Notes under the pieces: model-generated
The model's database searches: none
The model's input: only the letters and a program-made list of their open reading frames with translations
Told to the model about the DNA's origin: nothing
Program-made: the position numbers and the translations under genes
DNA from: Octopus sinensis
Lineage: Eukaryota
Assembly: GCF_006345805.1 (NCBI RefSeq)
Contig: NC_042999.1
Coordinates: 141,980,001 to 142,044,000 of the forward strand
Direction of reading: 5' to 3'
Length of the DNA: 64,000 nucleotides
Shown here: in pieces, positions 24,709 through 37,545 of the stretch
How the letters are laid out: every line of letters starts with the position of its first letter
How positions within the stretch are numbered: the first letter of the stretch is position 1

Positions 24709-26225
24709 AATGCATATGTAAATATATATATATACACACAAATGCATATGTAAATATATATATACATGTGTGTATGCATTCATGTGCATGTATAAATAAG
24801 TTATATATATATAAGTGTATGTATCTATAATATGAATATATATGTATGTGTGTGTATACAATATACATAAGTATATTGTATGCATATGTATATTATGTAT
24901 CTTCAAAACATGACTATGTTCTAATATAATCTTTTTTGATTAAAGTTCTTTTGTTTATCAGACCCTAATAGTTTGTTTGGAACATTAAAGTTCCTATATA
25001 TATATCATTACCAATGTTTCCAGACTATCTCAGCCTTTTCTTTAGGATGGAAAATAGTTTTGGCTTTTGTATTGTCCTTTTAACAGTGGGTGGCTTGTCT
25101 TTATATAGCCTTTCCTTCCAGAATTTGTTAGAGTATTGCATCATCAGATTTGCATTTATGTCAGGTAAATGTTGTTGCCTTTTAGCATTGCTTCCATAAG
25201 CAATCATCTATTACTGGGGAAAATTTCTAAGTTTTTTTGTTAATATTTTCCTGTCCATTTTGTTTTTTGTTGTTTGGTATAGTGTGTGTTAGCAACTATT
25301 CTTTGTTTTAAAAGCATGGTGAGCCTACAAGAGAATGCTGTAAGTTAATGTTTGTTTTATTCTAATCAAAAACTTGCAGACATGATGATTCCAACTTTAT
25401 AGTGGACCAAACAAGTACAACACCCACTTGTATGCTCACCATGATTTAAAATAGAGAGCAGTTGTTTCACATTATATCACACATCATAAAACAAAACTAG
25501 TTGGGAAAATATTAACAGAAAATACTTCCATAATTTTTTAGATTTCTCCATAGTAATACATAACTGATTATGGAAGCAAAATTAATATTACACCACAAGG
25601 CTACAATTAACTTACAATGTACATCACAAATACAGATCTGAAGATGTAAAACTCTAATACTCTAACAATCAAATTCTGATGGGGAGAGCATAACTAAACT
25701 TAAGATGTTCACCATAAAGGAGGCTGTACAGAAGCTCCAACCACTCCATGTTATGAAGAATGATGGTGAGAGTTAGATAGTCAGGAGGCATTGATAAAGA
25801 TGAGGAAATTTTATTATTCCAAACAAACTATAAGTGTCTAATATGTAAATATGAAAAATGTTTAATAAAAAGTTATTAACACTTAGAATACGATGTTTTC
25901 AGTATAATATGTTGAAAATAAAATAAGTTCCTCATATATACAAATATATATATATATATAAACATATTATTCATTTGCTTTTATGTCTGTATTTCCATGC
26001 TAGCATGGGTTAGATGAATATGTTGTCGAGGCATTATTTTACAGTTAGATGCCCTTCCTGACACTAACCCTTGTTTTTCAAGTAAAATAACTCTTATTTC
26101 ACAATGCTTCAAAAGTACAAAGTAAGTGAATGATTTATCGATAGAAGTGCCAGCAGTACCTCTCAAACTTTTGTATAAGTGACTGCAAATATAAGCAAAC
26201 ACACACACAAACATGCACATATATA

Positions 26226-26385
26226 TGACGGGTTTCTTTTCTTTTTCTGTCTGTCAGATCGACTCACATAGCTTCAATTGGTCAAGGGTTATAGTAGATA
26301 TTTGCCCAAGGTACAGTGCAGTAGGACCGAACCTGAAATCACAAGGTTTGGAAGTGAACTTGTTATCCTCAATTACAGCACATGT
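26226..26385 (-). mobile_element. Old partial SINE family A copy
   Basis: Its reverse complement resembles the head and body of the 35180 copy (TTGCCCAAGGTACAGTGCAGTAGGACCGAACC). Confidence 0.6.
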
Positions 26386-26599
26386 ATTAGTTTAGAGCTC
26401 AATTTATTACACCCCCATACATACACTCATAGGAATGTATTAGTGTTTATACATATATACATACGTATGCATGTATTTCAGCCTCACAGAGGTGGTGACA
26501 AAAGACTGAGACAATTGGTGATTTACTGTGCTTGAGAAGACCTGCCCAGCTTAATAAAACCAAGGCTATAAAAGCATATCCTTTATGTCCATGTCCTTC

Positions 26600-27110
26600 A
26601 CCTGCACATAATCTATCCCCAAACAAACCTCCCCCACCTCCCATGCTCACGATGTGCTGTATTCCCCTACTCTACCTCACATACCTACTGGCACATACTA
26701 TGTCCCCTTGAATCTCTTCCCCATAACATATTCTCCCAATACCCCCTCCCCATACCTGTGCCCACTCATTACACCCACCTCCATCTACCACTCATTTTTC
26801 ACAATCTCCAGAACTCACCCTCTCCAGTCCCTGGTCCACTCACCATCACCACCATGTTCTCTCTCACTCTCTCCACTTTCTCCCACCTGGGGCAGCCATT
26901 TTTCATCTGTAATGCAAGACTCCTCAGTTGATGGGTCTTGTCTCGCAAGTTACTTAGTGACTTCACTGCTGCTGGTGCTATGTAAAAAAGCACCCGGTAC
27001 ACTCTGTAAAGTGTTTGGCAAGGAAGTGCATCCAGCTATATTTGCCAGTTCCTGTGGAACTATCCAACCCATGCCAGCATGGAAAACAGACATTAAATGA
27101 TGATGATGAT
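26600..27110 (+). mobile_element. Retroposon family C 3' end with pyrimidine-rich upstream tract
   Basis: Ends CCAACCCATGCCAGCATGGAAAACAGACATTAAATGATGATGATGAT, the reverse complement of the start of the 15251 copy. Confidence 0.65.
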
Positions 27111-28175
27111 AGGCTATAATGACTATTGAGTAAAATGCATATAGAGTTAAATAATAAAGATGAAGAAAACAGATTAATATAATTACTTCATTCTTTATTT
27201 GTGTTTCAGTAATATCTTAGAGATGACTATTACACACAATGTTGTGCCGGAGGGGCGATGCATGCCCTGCACGCACACAAGGATAAAATAAAATTTAATT
27301 TGATAAATATATTCTCAGGCGAATTCATATTTCAACAAAATGACAGGAAGAGTTATTTTCCCTGCTTATTGTTTATGTATATATAACAGAGGGGAAAAAA
27401 ACATTTGATTCACTCGTCCATCAGTTTTGAAAATAATCAAACCAAAATTTAATGAGTTCAAGCTACTCACCCAATGAGTATTTCTGCCAAATTTGGTGAA
27501 AATCCCTTCAGCCATTTTCCAGTAATTTTGCAAACACATAGACAAGACAAACAACTACAATACTCTGCTTTTGCTCATGTGTGCAGGGTAATAATTTTAT
27601 AATTCACCACACAAGGTATTTAGTGTAGTTAGAAGAATTGTGGTAAGGGGACAAACAAAAAGACAATGTGAACTGTAGCCCACTATATCTATATTCAAGT
27701 CACTCAAACATTATCTCCCAGGACTTACTCCTATACTCCTACAATTTCTCACTCTTTATAGGGATATACTCTGACATTTGGAAATACTCTTTAGTATGTT
27801 TCATTCGAAAGAAAGCTGACATCTTTGACCAGGGTAAGCAGTGTCCCATTACTCTCTTTCTGAACATTGTTCAGATAACTGTGATAGCCATTAACAATAG
27901 TTCTTACACCTAAAATGTCTCTCTCTCTCACAACTGATCACTAGTATGGCTTCTATTGAGCCAGATCCACTGCTGACCTCTCCTGTTGTAATCACTAGTA
28001 GGTTCTCACTTTAGAGAAGTTCATCAAAAGCAATGTTAACTGTCTCTAAGGTATTACTGAAACATTTAAAGAATGAAGTAATAAAATTAAATCTCTTGTT
28101 TTCTTTTATTTAAGCAGTGTGTTTGTGTATACGGACATATATATGTATAAATACATTAACACACCATCATAAATG

Positions 28176-28787
28176 TTTATTGGAAGTGCAAAGAACCTAG
28201 TACATTCTTCATGGTTGATGTTAGGACCTCCAATCATTGAAACCATGTTAAAGCAGATAATAGAACATAATGCAGTCCTGCGAGTCCTTAGATCCTGTCA
28301 GACTGTCCAACCCATATTAGTGTGGAAGGTGGGTATTAAATAATGTTGATTATACACACTAGACATGTGCTTGTCTTGCCAGACCAAAAATCTGCGCCTG
28401 GAAAGTAAATGTTGACAGAACAGTTTCTGCTGTGACTGCAGAAACACACATACAGGTGACAGTCCTGGCTACAATTACTGTGCTTGAAGGTGTTGTCTGC
28501 CAGTCATGTCTTGGTGCTGTTTTTCAGTTGATTTTCCTTTACTTCTTTTTTCTCCTTTTCTTTTTAAACCTTTGTCTATTTCCAGTCTCTTCTGGTTGTG
28601 ATCACTAACAACATTCTCCCACCTTTCAAATGTTCATGTTTTGAAGTCCACCCATATGATGTGTAGTGGAGGAGTCATTAAACTAGGATGAGGAATCTGG
28701 GTGAGCCACAACTTCACTGTTGGTGATTCACGTATGCGCACACTTACATATTGTACAGTTCAAGTTGACTGGGTCTCCAGGTTTTAC
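28176..28787 (+). repeat. Copy 1 of a local duplication of about 620 bp, containing a minus-strand RTE LINE 3' fragment
   Basis: Collinear with 30283-30911 at about 85-90% identity by eye. The minus strand reads WEDIVNDHNQKRLEI and a C-x2-x-x-DCH...SHSRNC-like RTE C-terminal motif. Confidence 0.9.
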
Positions 28788-29713
28788 ATTTTGGTTTATT
28801 CAACTAGTGAACTTGATCTTTATAAATTTGACACCACTCTCAATACAGGCACCTTTAGTAAACGTGTTGTTATTCTTAAACAAGCTTTAAAATAATAGTC
28901 TTATACCTACAATTGCACATACATACAACTATACATGTGCACACACAAATATATATACATACACGTACACACATATACTTTTATTTGTATATCTATCTCT
29001 TTATTTATCTAAATATCTATGTGTGTTTATGTGTGTATGTATAGTGTACTGTTCTGTTATTTGTGGATATGCATTCACAAATTCATACATTGTGTGTGAT
29101 GACTAGTTCTGAACAGTGACTTAAATTAGTAACTTTAAATTTATTTTTATATCTTTTTTTTTTTGTTTCACACCTATTTAGAATCCTGGGAATGTTTGTT
29201 GATCATTATTGATATTTTTGTTAACTGTATAAATCTTAAAAAGTGAATTTGCTTTTATTGTAAAATATTCTTATTTTAACCAATTATATTTTGTCCCTAT
29301 CAGTTATTTATCTATTGAAAAAAAAAAGTAAAAAGAAAAACGAGGTGTTTTTGAAAATTAATTAATCATTGAGTAAAGCTTCATTATCTGTGAAATCTTA
29401 TATTAATTCTACTTTGACAGTTTATATTTTTGACTTCCAATGTGACGAGTGCCATAGTGGTAAATTCTTTGGCAGGATAAATTAGTGATCTGGTTTTGAT
29501 TCTGTATTCGAACCATTTCACTTCATTTATGTTTCTAATTAAAAAAAAAAAAAGAAAAAGAAAAAAAAACTGCATGACACACATCCTTGTTTCTCTTAAA
29601 TAAAATACCTGCTGTTACTGTTGCCAACAGTTGATCATATATGTTGGATTTCTTCAATGGAAGCACTAAAGTGGGCTAAATAAAGTAGATGTACACATAA
29701 ATATCAATTTTAA

Positions 29714-30022
29714 CCCTTCGCCTGTCCAAATTATTTTCATAAGTTTGTCTTAAATGTCTATCCATACTTGTCTCCAGAAGTTTTTAAAATTTTATTTTAT
29801 CTAGTTTCAGCTCACGAGCTGTGGCCATGCTGGGGCACCGCCATTTGTAACTCTTGTTTCATATGTTCTGAGTTATGTTATGCTTTCCTTTCATAAGTCC
29901 TAAGTTAAAAGAATTATTGGCAGTTGAAAAAATTTAGAATGTGTATCATATCCGATGCACAGACACCGAAGAAATACATCCAGTGTATTACATCCAATGT
30001 ATCACACAGGACAGGGAAAGGG
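29714..30022. mobile_element. piggyBac-type MITE
   Basis: TTAA|CCCTTCGCCTGTCC ... GGACAGGGAAAGGG|TTAA: 14-bp TIRs with 2 mismatches and a TTAA duplication. A SINE tail fragment lies inside at about 29800-29845. Confidence 0.75.
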
Positions 30023-30282
30023 TTAAGAGAGATGAAGTAAAATAGTGTTATATAATGTTATATGTAATGTAGAGCTAGTGAAAGCTGATACACAGTGTAT
30101 TGTCATTCAGAGGAAACAAGGAAGGAGGTTTCTGAGTGATAAAATGGTAACAAAGTGACCAATTTACAATTTTGTTTGAAGCAAAGACTTCAGATTTCAA
30201 AGGAATGATTTTAATAAAAGCAGAGCATCATATTGAGAATAACTATTAGTCTGATAGCTACAACCATTTTTAGTTGTAAATA

Positions 30283-30911
30283 TTTATTGGAAGTGTAAAG
30301 AACCTAGTACATTCTTTGTGGCTGGTGTTAGGACCTCCAATTATTGAAACCATGTTAAAGCAGATAATAGAACATAATGCAGTCCTGCGAGTCCTTAGAT
30401 CCTGTCAGACTGTCCAACTCATATTAGTATGGAAGGTGGGTATTAAATGATGTTGATTATACACACTAGACAAGTGTTTATCTTGTCAGACCAAAAATCT
30501 GCACCTGGAAAGTATTATTGACAGAACAGTTTCTGCTGTGACTGCAGAAACACACATATGGATGACAGTCCTGGCTACTACAATTACTGTGCTTGAAGTT
30601 GTTGTCTGCCAGTCATGTCTTGGTGCTGTTTTTCTGTTGATTTTCCCTTTCTTTATCAGCAAACCTCACCCTCTTCTTTTTTTCTTTTTAAACCTTTGTC
30701 TATTTCCAGTCTCTTCTGGTTGTGATCATTAACAATGTCCTCCCACCTTTCAAATGTTCATGTTTTGAGATCCTCCCATCTGGCATGTAGTGGAGGAGTC
30801 ATTAAAATAGGATGAGGAATCTGGGTAAGCCAGAATTTCACTGTTGGTGATTCACACATGCACACACTCACATATTGTATAGTTTAAGTTGATTGGGTCT
30901 CCAGGTTTTAC
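30283..30911 (+). repeat. Copy 2 of the local duplication of about 620 bp
   Basis: Same start (TTTATTGGAAGTG) and end (GGGTCTCCAGGTTTTAC) as 28176-28787, with small indels. Confidence 0.9.
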
Positions 30912-33900
30912 CTTATGTGTAAGTGTAGTGACATCACTTTGACAGAGTGTATATTCAAAGCTATGAATATATTTTTACTCTCTTCCTATCTGTTCCTTAT
31001 GTTCACAGAGCTGACATTTATATAGCATTCATTTTATTAAGCAATATTTATTTTCTTGTTTCAGTATCAAGCAATAATTGTGTTGGATGATATTACTGAT
31101 AGACAGGAAGTTTTAGTGTTGCTTAATTGACAATCATGGTAGTAATATATTTTTATTTTTAAAGCCTTTCATGAAATAAGTTACTTTGTTTCCTGAATTA
31201 GTGATATATTTAGGATGTTAGAATTTCCCCCATTTATGTGAATTACATATTTTTTCCATGAGATTCTATTAATCTTTTTGCTATTTTCCTCATTTTTGTT
31301 ACAAAAAATAAACATACTTGTGTTTCAATAATTTTTATGTTTATTTGTAAACATATTAACATATTAGTTTTCTTTATTAAGAACTAGTGACCACTGTGTG
31401 GACGAAACCATTGCTGTTATTGTTTTGCTCACAGATCAGCTCTAATCAAGTAAATAAAAGGCATTCAGCCATGGCTATTCCTCCCTCATTCTAGAAATAC
31501 TGCACTTAGCATCATATTCTACATTGTCTTAAAACAGTAGAGTATGATTTGAGTAAGATTTGATTTGTATTTCTGTTAAAGAGAAATTGTTTTTAGTGAA
31601 TGGTTTAATAAATAGCTTTTGATTAGAAAAACATGTGAAGGCATTAATGTGAAATAGATGGAAGAATAATATAAAGATTGTTTTAATGTTTAAGTGAAAA
31701 GGAGCAATAAATCTTGAGGAAATACCTCAATAATAGATACAGGAGCAATATGAAGGGACTCTAATTTAGAAATGATGTATTTGCTTCATTATTTTGAAAC
31801 TTGCTTTGTAGATCAACATTTTTTTTTGTTAAAGATGTTGAAAAAAAATGATAATGTTTATATATACTGAACTAATCTAGTCAATTGTTAACTTTCATAG
31901 AAGACAGTTTAATATTCCTAACAAACAAGGTTAATATTATTTACTTGGGGCCAATGTGTGAAAGATTAGATGTGTAATAAAGCTTTTAACATTATTTTGT
32001 CTAAAGTCATTATTTCATCTAAAGAAATGAAAATAAAAATGCAAGCTAATTAGTAGATATTAATTATTGTTTAATGTCATATTGTCCATGCTGGCATGGA
32101 TAAACATAGTTTCATTAATTTATTGTGGATCATTTAACACACAGCTTGAGTTGACAAATATCTAGAATTTACCCTCCTAAATTTTTGTGGTATTAAGCAT
32201 TTGAAAAGCATTTCTCTGCAATAGGAATAAAAGATTTTTTACTATAGGAGAATCTGAATTTAGCACTGCAAACTAAGATATATTTCTAGATAAAACAATG
32301 CTCTTTCTTTCCTGCACATCCACATGGTACATAATTACAGCTAAGATAGCCCAAATTGAATAATTTTAATATCTCAAAACTTTTTTTTTATCATATTCTC
32401 ATATTTAATTCTATATTAAATATTTTGATAGTTTTATCCAAATTTCCATGTAAAAATCCTCTATTTGATAATATATTTATGGAAAATAACAAATTTGTGA
32501 TTTTGGTGATGAGAAAAATTGCTTCTTGTCTAATGAAGTATTTTTATCTGTCTGCATATGTGATCATCTGGAAAATAAAATTATTAAATTGTTTATAAAT
32601 TGTATTTTGTAAAGTTTTGCTCTCCATATTGCCAACATGTAAAATTTTGTATTTCTGTATGGTATACTTAACAGTTAATTAAAAATTATCTAAATTTTAA
32701 TTTCTCTTGGATACATTATTAATCTATATTTGTCTAACTGTTTATGCTTTCTTGTATTAACAGCTAATATAGTTTCCTTTAACAATACCAATAAAAAGAT
32801 GTATAAGTTTTGATACGAATTTAATTTTAATTACAAGATTTGATCACCATTGAATAGCATTTCAAGTTGATAAAGGGTTGTTAAAAACTGTAATCCACTA
32901 TATGAGCCTTTAACAGAGTTATGTTTTTTGATTCTCAAGAATGATTATTTAATATAAAGTTTTAAGTACCTTAATAAAATGTAAATTCTAAGTAAATTTT
33001 GATTAAGCATAAACTGAACTTTACGCATCAACTGTTTGATGTGGTTCTTATCATAACTTTTACTTCTTGGCCTGAAGTAGTTATTTTGTGTTAGTTACCT
33101 ATTTTCTTTTACAATACTTGAAATTTGTATGGCTAGGTAACAAAATGCTTATAAGTTACATAGTACATCACTCCATCTTCCTTACCGTAGCAGTCTGTAT
33201 TCATTTAAAGCTAGGTGGCTTAAATTAAGTGTTTGGATCATAGATACAGTAGAAGTAATGGACATGTAACTCCAATATTTTGAATGGAAATCTATAAGAG
33301 ACTATGATGCTAGCAATTCTGATTTAAACTAAAGATATTTTACTTCCTGGTGTATTTCTTCAGACTTTTAGCCAGTTATTAGAGAAATAAAACTAGTAAG
33401 AGGAAGCTTCAATATGGTCTGAGCTTCAAAGAACAATGAGTAAGAATTGTGTGCATGTGCACGCATGCACATAGTAACGTGTGTATGTACACACAGACAC
33501 ACATAAAGTTCTGCTATGAGGAGAGGTGAGTTCTGGCAGTGACATTTAGATTAAAGCAAAAGTTTTTACATTAATGTTTATTCATCAGTAAAAATTTTGT
33601 CAAGAAATATAAAAATATAACTTTTTATCTCTACAGGATATACCTCTGACAATTTAAACAAGTTAAATCAATTAACAATGCTTACTTAATGAATCTGAAA
33701 TTACTTAGAATGAAAGGATCATTTAGACATGCAAGAAGTACAATTAATTGCTACAGCATGGTCCAACATACACTAACACTAACAAGAGCTCTTTTTTTTT
33801 AATAAATAGTGGGGGACAGATTGAATAATAGAATTTTAGATACATTATGCCCGAAGGGTAAAAAGGTTTGTTGTTGATGACTGCTTGACTGGTTGTGTTC

Positions 33901-35146
33901 CTAATTCTGTTTGACTGAAGCTGACTGAGGACCACAGAATAACAATAACCAATGCACATATACAATGCCCTGGAATATACTTACTATTATCTTTTTTGCC
34001 AAGTACCGATAAACCAAAAGTGGCACTGGGAGGTACACAACCTTACTAAACAAGCTACTTCACCTTTGCTACTTCTACAACGGTTACCATTATGGCTAGT
34101 AGTATTTTGGTGAGCATTATCTTCCTTAACAAGAAGTACACTACATCTAGAATTTCGGATCTAATCTCACCTACTTGCAACAGATTTTCTTAATCCCAGC
34201 CAACATAGGCTATAAAATATTACCAACATTTTCGCAGTGAGCTGGCTGAATCGTGAGAACATCGAATAATGGGCCTTATTTTGTTACTTCTGATTTCAGA
34301 GGTTGCTGAAGTGAATTTTTACCCCACATTTTTCCAGAATTGATAAAATCAGTGGCAGTCATGTACAAAGTTTAATATAGTCGACTGTTCTCTGTGCAGA
34401 AATGTGTTAACGTATCTAGTGGGAGTTACTTCCCTTGCACTAAATATAAAGTTGCAATTAAAATTACCTCCCTTGCATTGTTACACTTTTATTCCCACAC
34501 TATATTTTTTAGACATAGAGTTGTCTTCCTTACATCCATCATTAAACCAAATTCTAACAAATATGTCTTTTGCATAGCGTTGCCTCCCTTGTACTATAAA
34601 CGTTCATGAGCTTCAGAGAAACAAGTTCTCGTTAGTCCGATTGTTGTAATTTTATTTATTGGTTTAAATTACTCAAACAACTAAGATCAATATAATCAGT
34701 TATAGTTTCTTCAAAATATGTGCTCGTGTGGAAAATTTAGAAATCATTATTGTTGTTGCTGAAAACTTAGTAGAGTGTTTCATTCCGTAAATCGTTAGAG
34801 AAAATTAACTGAACTATTACGGTTAGTGTTGCCTTTCATTTCTCCGGAGTTGGTAAAATAAAGTAACCTCATAAGTACAAGGGTTCAATGTAATTCATTA
34901 AAACCTTCAACCCCGCCAAAATTGTTGACCTTGTGCCAAAATCTGAAACAATTTATATTATCATTCTTCTTATTATCATCATTATTCAAATTCCACCGAC
35001 TTCGACTTTGCTTTTCATCCTTTCTGGGTCGATAACATAGCTACTAGTCAAGTACTGAGGTCGATATCATCGACTTATCCCACTCCACGAAATTACTGGC
35101 TCGTGCCAAAATTATTGTTGTTGTTGCTGTTGTTATTAATATTATT

Positions 35147-35745
35147 AAGGCGGTGAGCTTGCGGAATCGTTAGCATATAGGCGCAGGAGTGGCTATGTGG
35201 TAAGTAGCTTGCTAACCAACCACACGGTTGCGGGTTCAGTCCCACTGCGTGGCATCTTGGGTAAGTGTCTTCTACTATAGCCCCGGGCCGACCAATGCCT
35301 TGTGAGTGGATTTGGTAGACGGAAACTGAAAGAAGCCTGTCGTATATATGTATATATATATGTATATGTGTGTCTGTGTTTGTGTTTGTCCCCCTAGCAT
35401 TGCTTGACAACCGATGCTGGTGTGTTTACGTCCCCGTCACTTAGCGGTTCGGCAAAAAGAGACCGATAGAATAAGTACTAAAAGGTGGTGCTCCAGCATG
35501 GCCGCAGTCAAATGACTGAAACAAGTAAAAGAGTAAAAGAGTATAAAAGAGTAATACCGGGCAACATGCTTAGCGGTATTCTGCCCGTCTTCATGTTCTG
35601 AGTTCAAATTCCGCCGAGGCCGACTTTGCCTTCCATCCTTTCGGGGTCTATTAAATAATTACTAGCTGAGCACTATGGTCGATGTAATCGACTTATCCCC
35701 TCTCGCAAACTTGCTGACCATTTGCCAAAATTTGAAACCATCATC
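35147..35745 (+). mobile_element. tRNA-derived SINE family B (Deu/Nin-like core), interrupted by the family A copy
   Basis: Head AAGGCGGTGAGCTTGCGGAATCGTTAGCATA resumes after the insertion as ATACCGGGCAACATGCTTAGCGG...GAGTTCAAATTCCGCCGAGG...TTTGCCTTCCATCCTTTCGGGGTC. Confidence 0.8.
35180..35552 (+). mobile_element. Full-length tRNA-derived SINE family A, nested in a family B SINE
   Basis: Pol III A-box TGGCTATGTGG, B-box GGTTCAGTCCC, CORE-like CTTGGGTAAGTG, internal (TA/TG) tract and (AAAAGAGT)n tail. Confidence 0.9.
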
Positions 35746-35944
35746 ATCATCATTATTATTATTAATTAATTAATTTATTAATTTTGTTTCTGTACATTCT
35801 AAGTTCATATCCCATCGAGGTCAAGTATGCTCTTCATCCTTTCAGGGTCGTTAAAATGAAAACACCAGTCAAGACTGGAGTTGATGATATCGACAAACGC
35901 AATCCTCTCAAAATTCTTAGCCTTGTACCTAAACCCGAAGCAAT

Positions 35945-36152
35945 TACTGAGTTGGCAGAATCTTTAGCACGCTGGGCAAAATGTTTTAGCGGCATTTCGT
36001 CCGTTTTCGTGTTCTGAGTTCAAATTCCGAGATTGATTTTTGCCTTTCATCCTTTCGGAATTCGATAAACTAAGTACCAGTTCAATGCTGGGGTCGAAGT
36101 ATTCAACTCACCCACTTCCCCGAAATTCCTGGCTTTGGGTCACAATTTGAAA
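35945..36152 (+). mobile_element. SINE family B copy
   Basis: GAGTTGGCAGAATCTTTAGCACGCTGGGCAAAATG...GAGTTCAAATTCC...GCCTTTCATCCTTTCGG...CTGGGGTCGA. Confidence 0.75.
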
Positions 36153-37262
36153 CTACTACTACTACTACTACTACCACCACCGCCGCCGCCGCTGCCGCTG
36201 CTGCTGCTGAAAAGGGTGACAGCGCGGAAGATGATTCATTGGAAAAATGCATTTAAATATTTAGTTATTCGATTTCGATTTTTCGTTCTTCTTGGATTTG
36301 ATAAATAACATTTTGTCAAATACAGTAGTAGATTGTTATTAGCTGCTCCCTCTATACTGATAAGCTGTGATCTTGTGCCAAAATAAGAATAAGACATCAT
36401 TATTACACCCTTCACCTACATACATCTATATCTTGTGCCTAAATAATCAATATTTCAACGAACACAGGAATTGTAGTGGTTACTTATAAATAGGTGGCTT
36501 CAACTATTTGAGAATTATTTTGTTCATGGGACACGTCGCAATGCTGGTATTGGAATATAGACTAAAAGGTCATTGTAACTTCAGTCTGACACCTTATTGA
36601 CTCAATAACTGTTTTAAGAAAAGAAGGAAATATATATTTCTGCAACGTCCTATCACGAGTTGTCAAGGTGACCTTCGTGTAAATAACGGTTTCTTACGTA
36701 GTTACGAAACCTGACAGTTTTAACGGGTTGTAAATTGAGATATTATGATGTTCTTGTCATTCTCAAAGGGCATAAGTGACCCAAAATAAAAGGAAACTGG
36801 CTTCATCCGACAATCGTAAGAGTCGCAGGCTGGGTGCGCCGGGTTAATAATAAACTCCAACCATAGTTGTTACTACTGTAACGATAAGGATAAGGATGAC
36901 AATGGTAATGATAAAACCGGTGGTGGTAGTGGTGGGAAGGTGGTTGTTGATGATGATGATGATGATGTTTGATGATCAGCTTCGTTGAAAAATATATAAC
37001 ATTGGAATAAAAATGTAAAATCAAATTTGGTGTGTACACATGTATTCACACACATTTGCCTGAGCAACATTTGTTTGACATGCGAGTCGAGATGGTTTGG
37101 GACTAAAACAAAAGTAGTAAACACACACACACACACATACACACATACATACACACACACATACAAACACACATACACACACACACACCGTTATATTCCC
37201 TTTTACTTTATCATTTTAAGTTATTTATTTAAGACCTGGTCACCGGCACTTTTTAGCAGCGC

Positions 37263-37545
37263 ATGTATGTATGTATGTATGTATGTATGTGTGTATGTAT
37301 ATATGTATGTGTGTGTATGTATATATGTATGTGTGTATGTATGTATGTGTATATGTATGTATGTATGTATGCGTGTATGTATATATGTATGTGTGAATGT
37401 ACGTATGTATGTGTGTATGTATGTACCTACGTACGTATGTATGTATGTATGTGTGTATCTATATATGTATGTGTGTATGTATGTATGTATGTATGTATGT
37501 GTGTGTGTATGTATGTATCTATGTATGCGCGCGTGTGTGTGGGTT
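37263..37545. repeat. (TATG)n/(TG)n compound microsatellite
   Basis: Visible directly in the sequence. Confidence 0.95.

Noticed and set aside
25025-25207. Minus-strand 60-aa ORF that could be a terminal exon
   Set aside because: No supported link to upstream exons, and the plus strand has an equally plausible open segment.
27762-27833. Plus-strand candidate exon with strong splice sites (IYSDIWKYSLVCFIRKKADIFDQ)
   Set aside because: It overlaps a competing minus-strand candidate and no consistent plus-strand chain could be built; unresolved without RNA data.
31065-31130. Plus-strand candidate terminal exon (YQAIIVLDDITDRQEVLVLLN*)
   Set aside because: Good acceptor, but no phase-matched upstream exon and no homology.
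35180-35260. tRNA-like A/B boxes here and at 45666, 46504 and 60752
   Set aside because: These are SINE heads: no complete cloverleaf, and each continues into a repeat body. No true tRNA gene was identified.
36153-36260. Graded (ACT)n-(ACC)n-(GCC)n-(GCT)n tract reading poly-Thr/poly-Ala
   Set aside because: It begins at a SINE tail and has no start or splice acceptor; it is a compound microsatellite.
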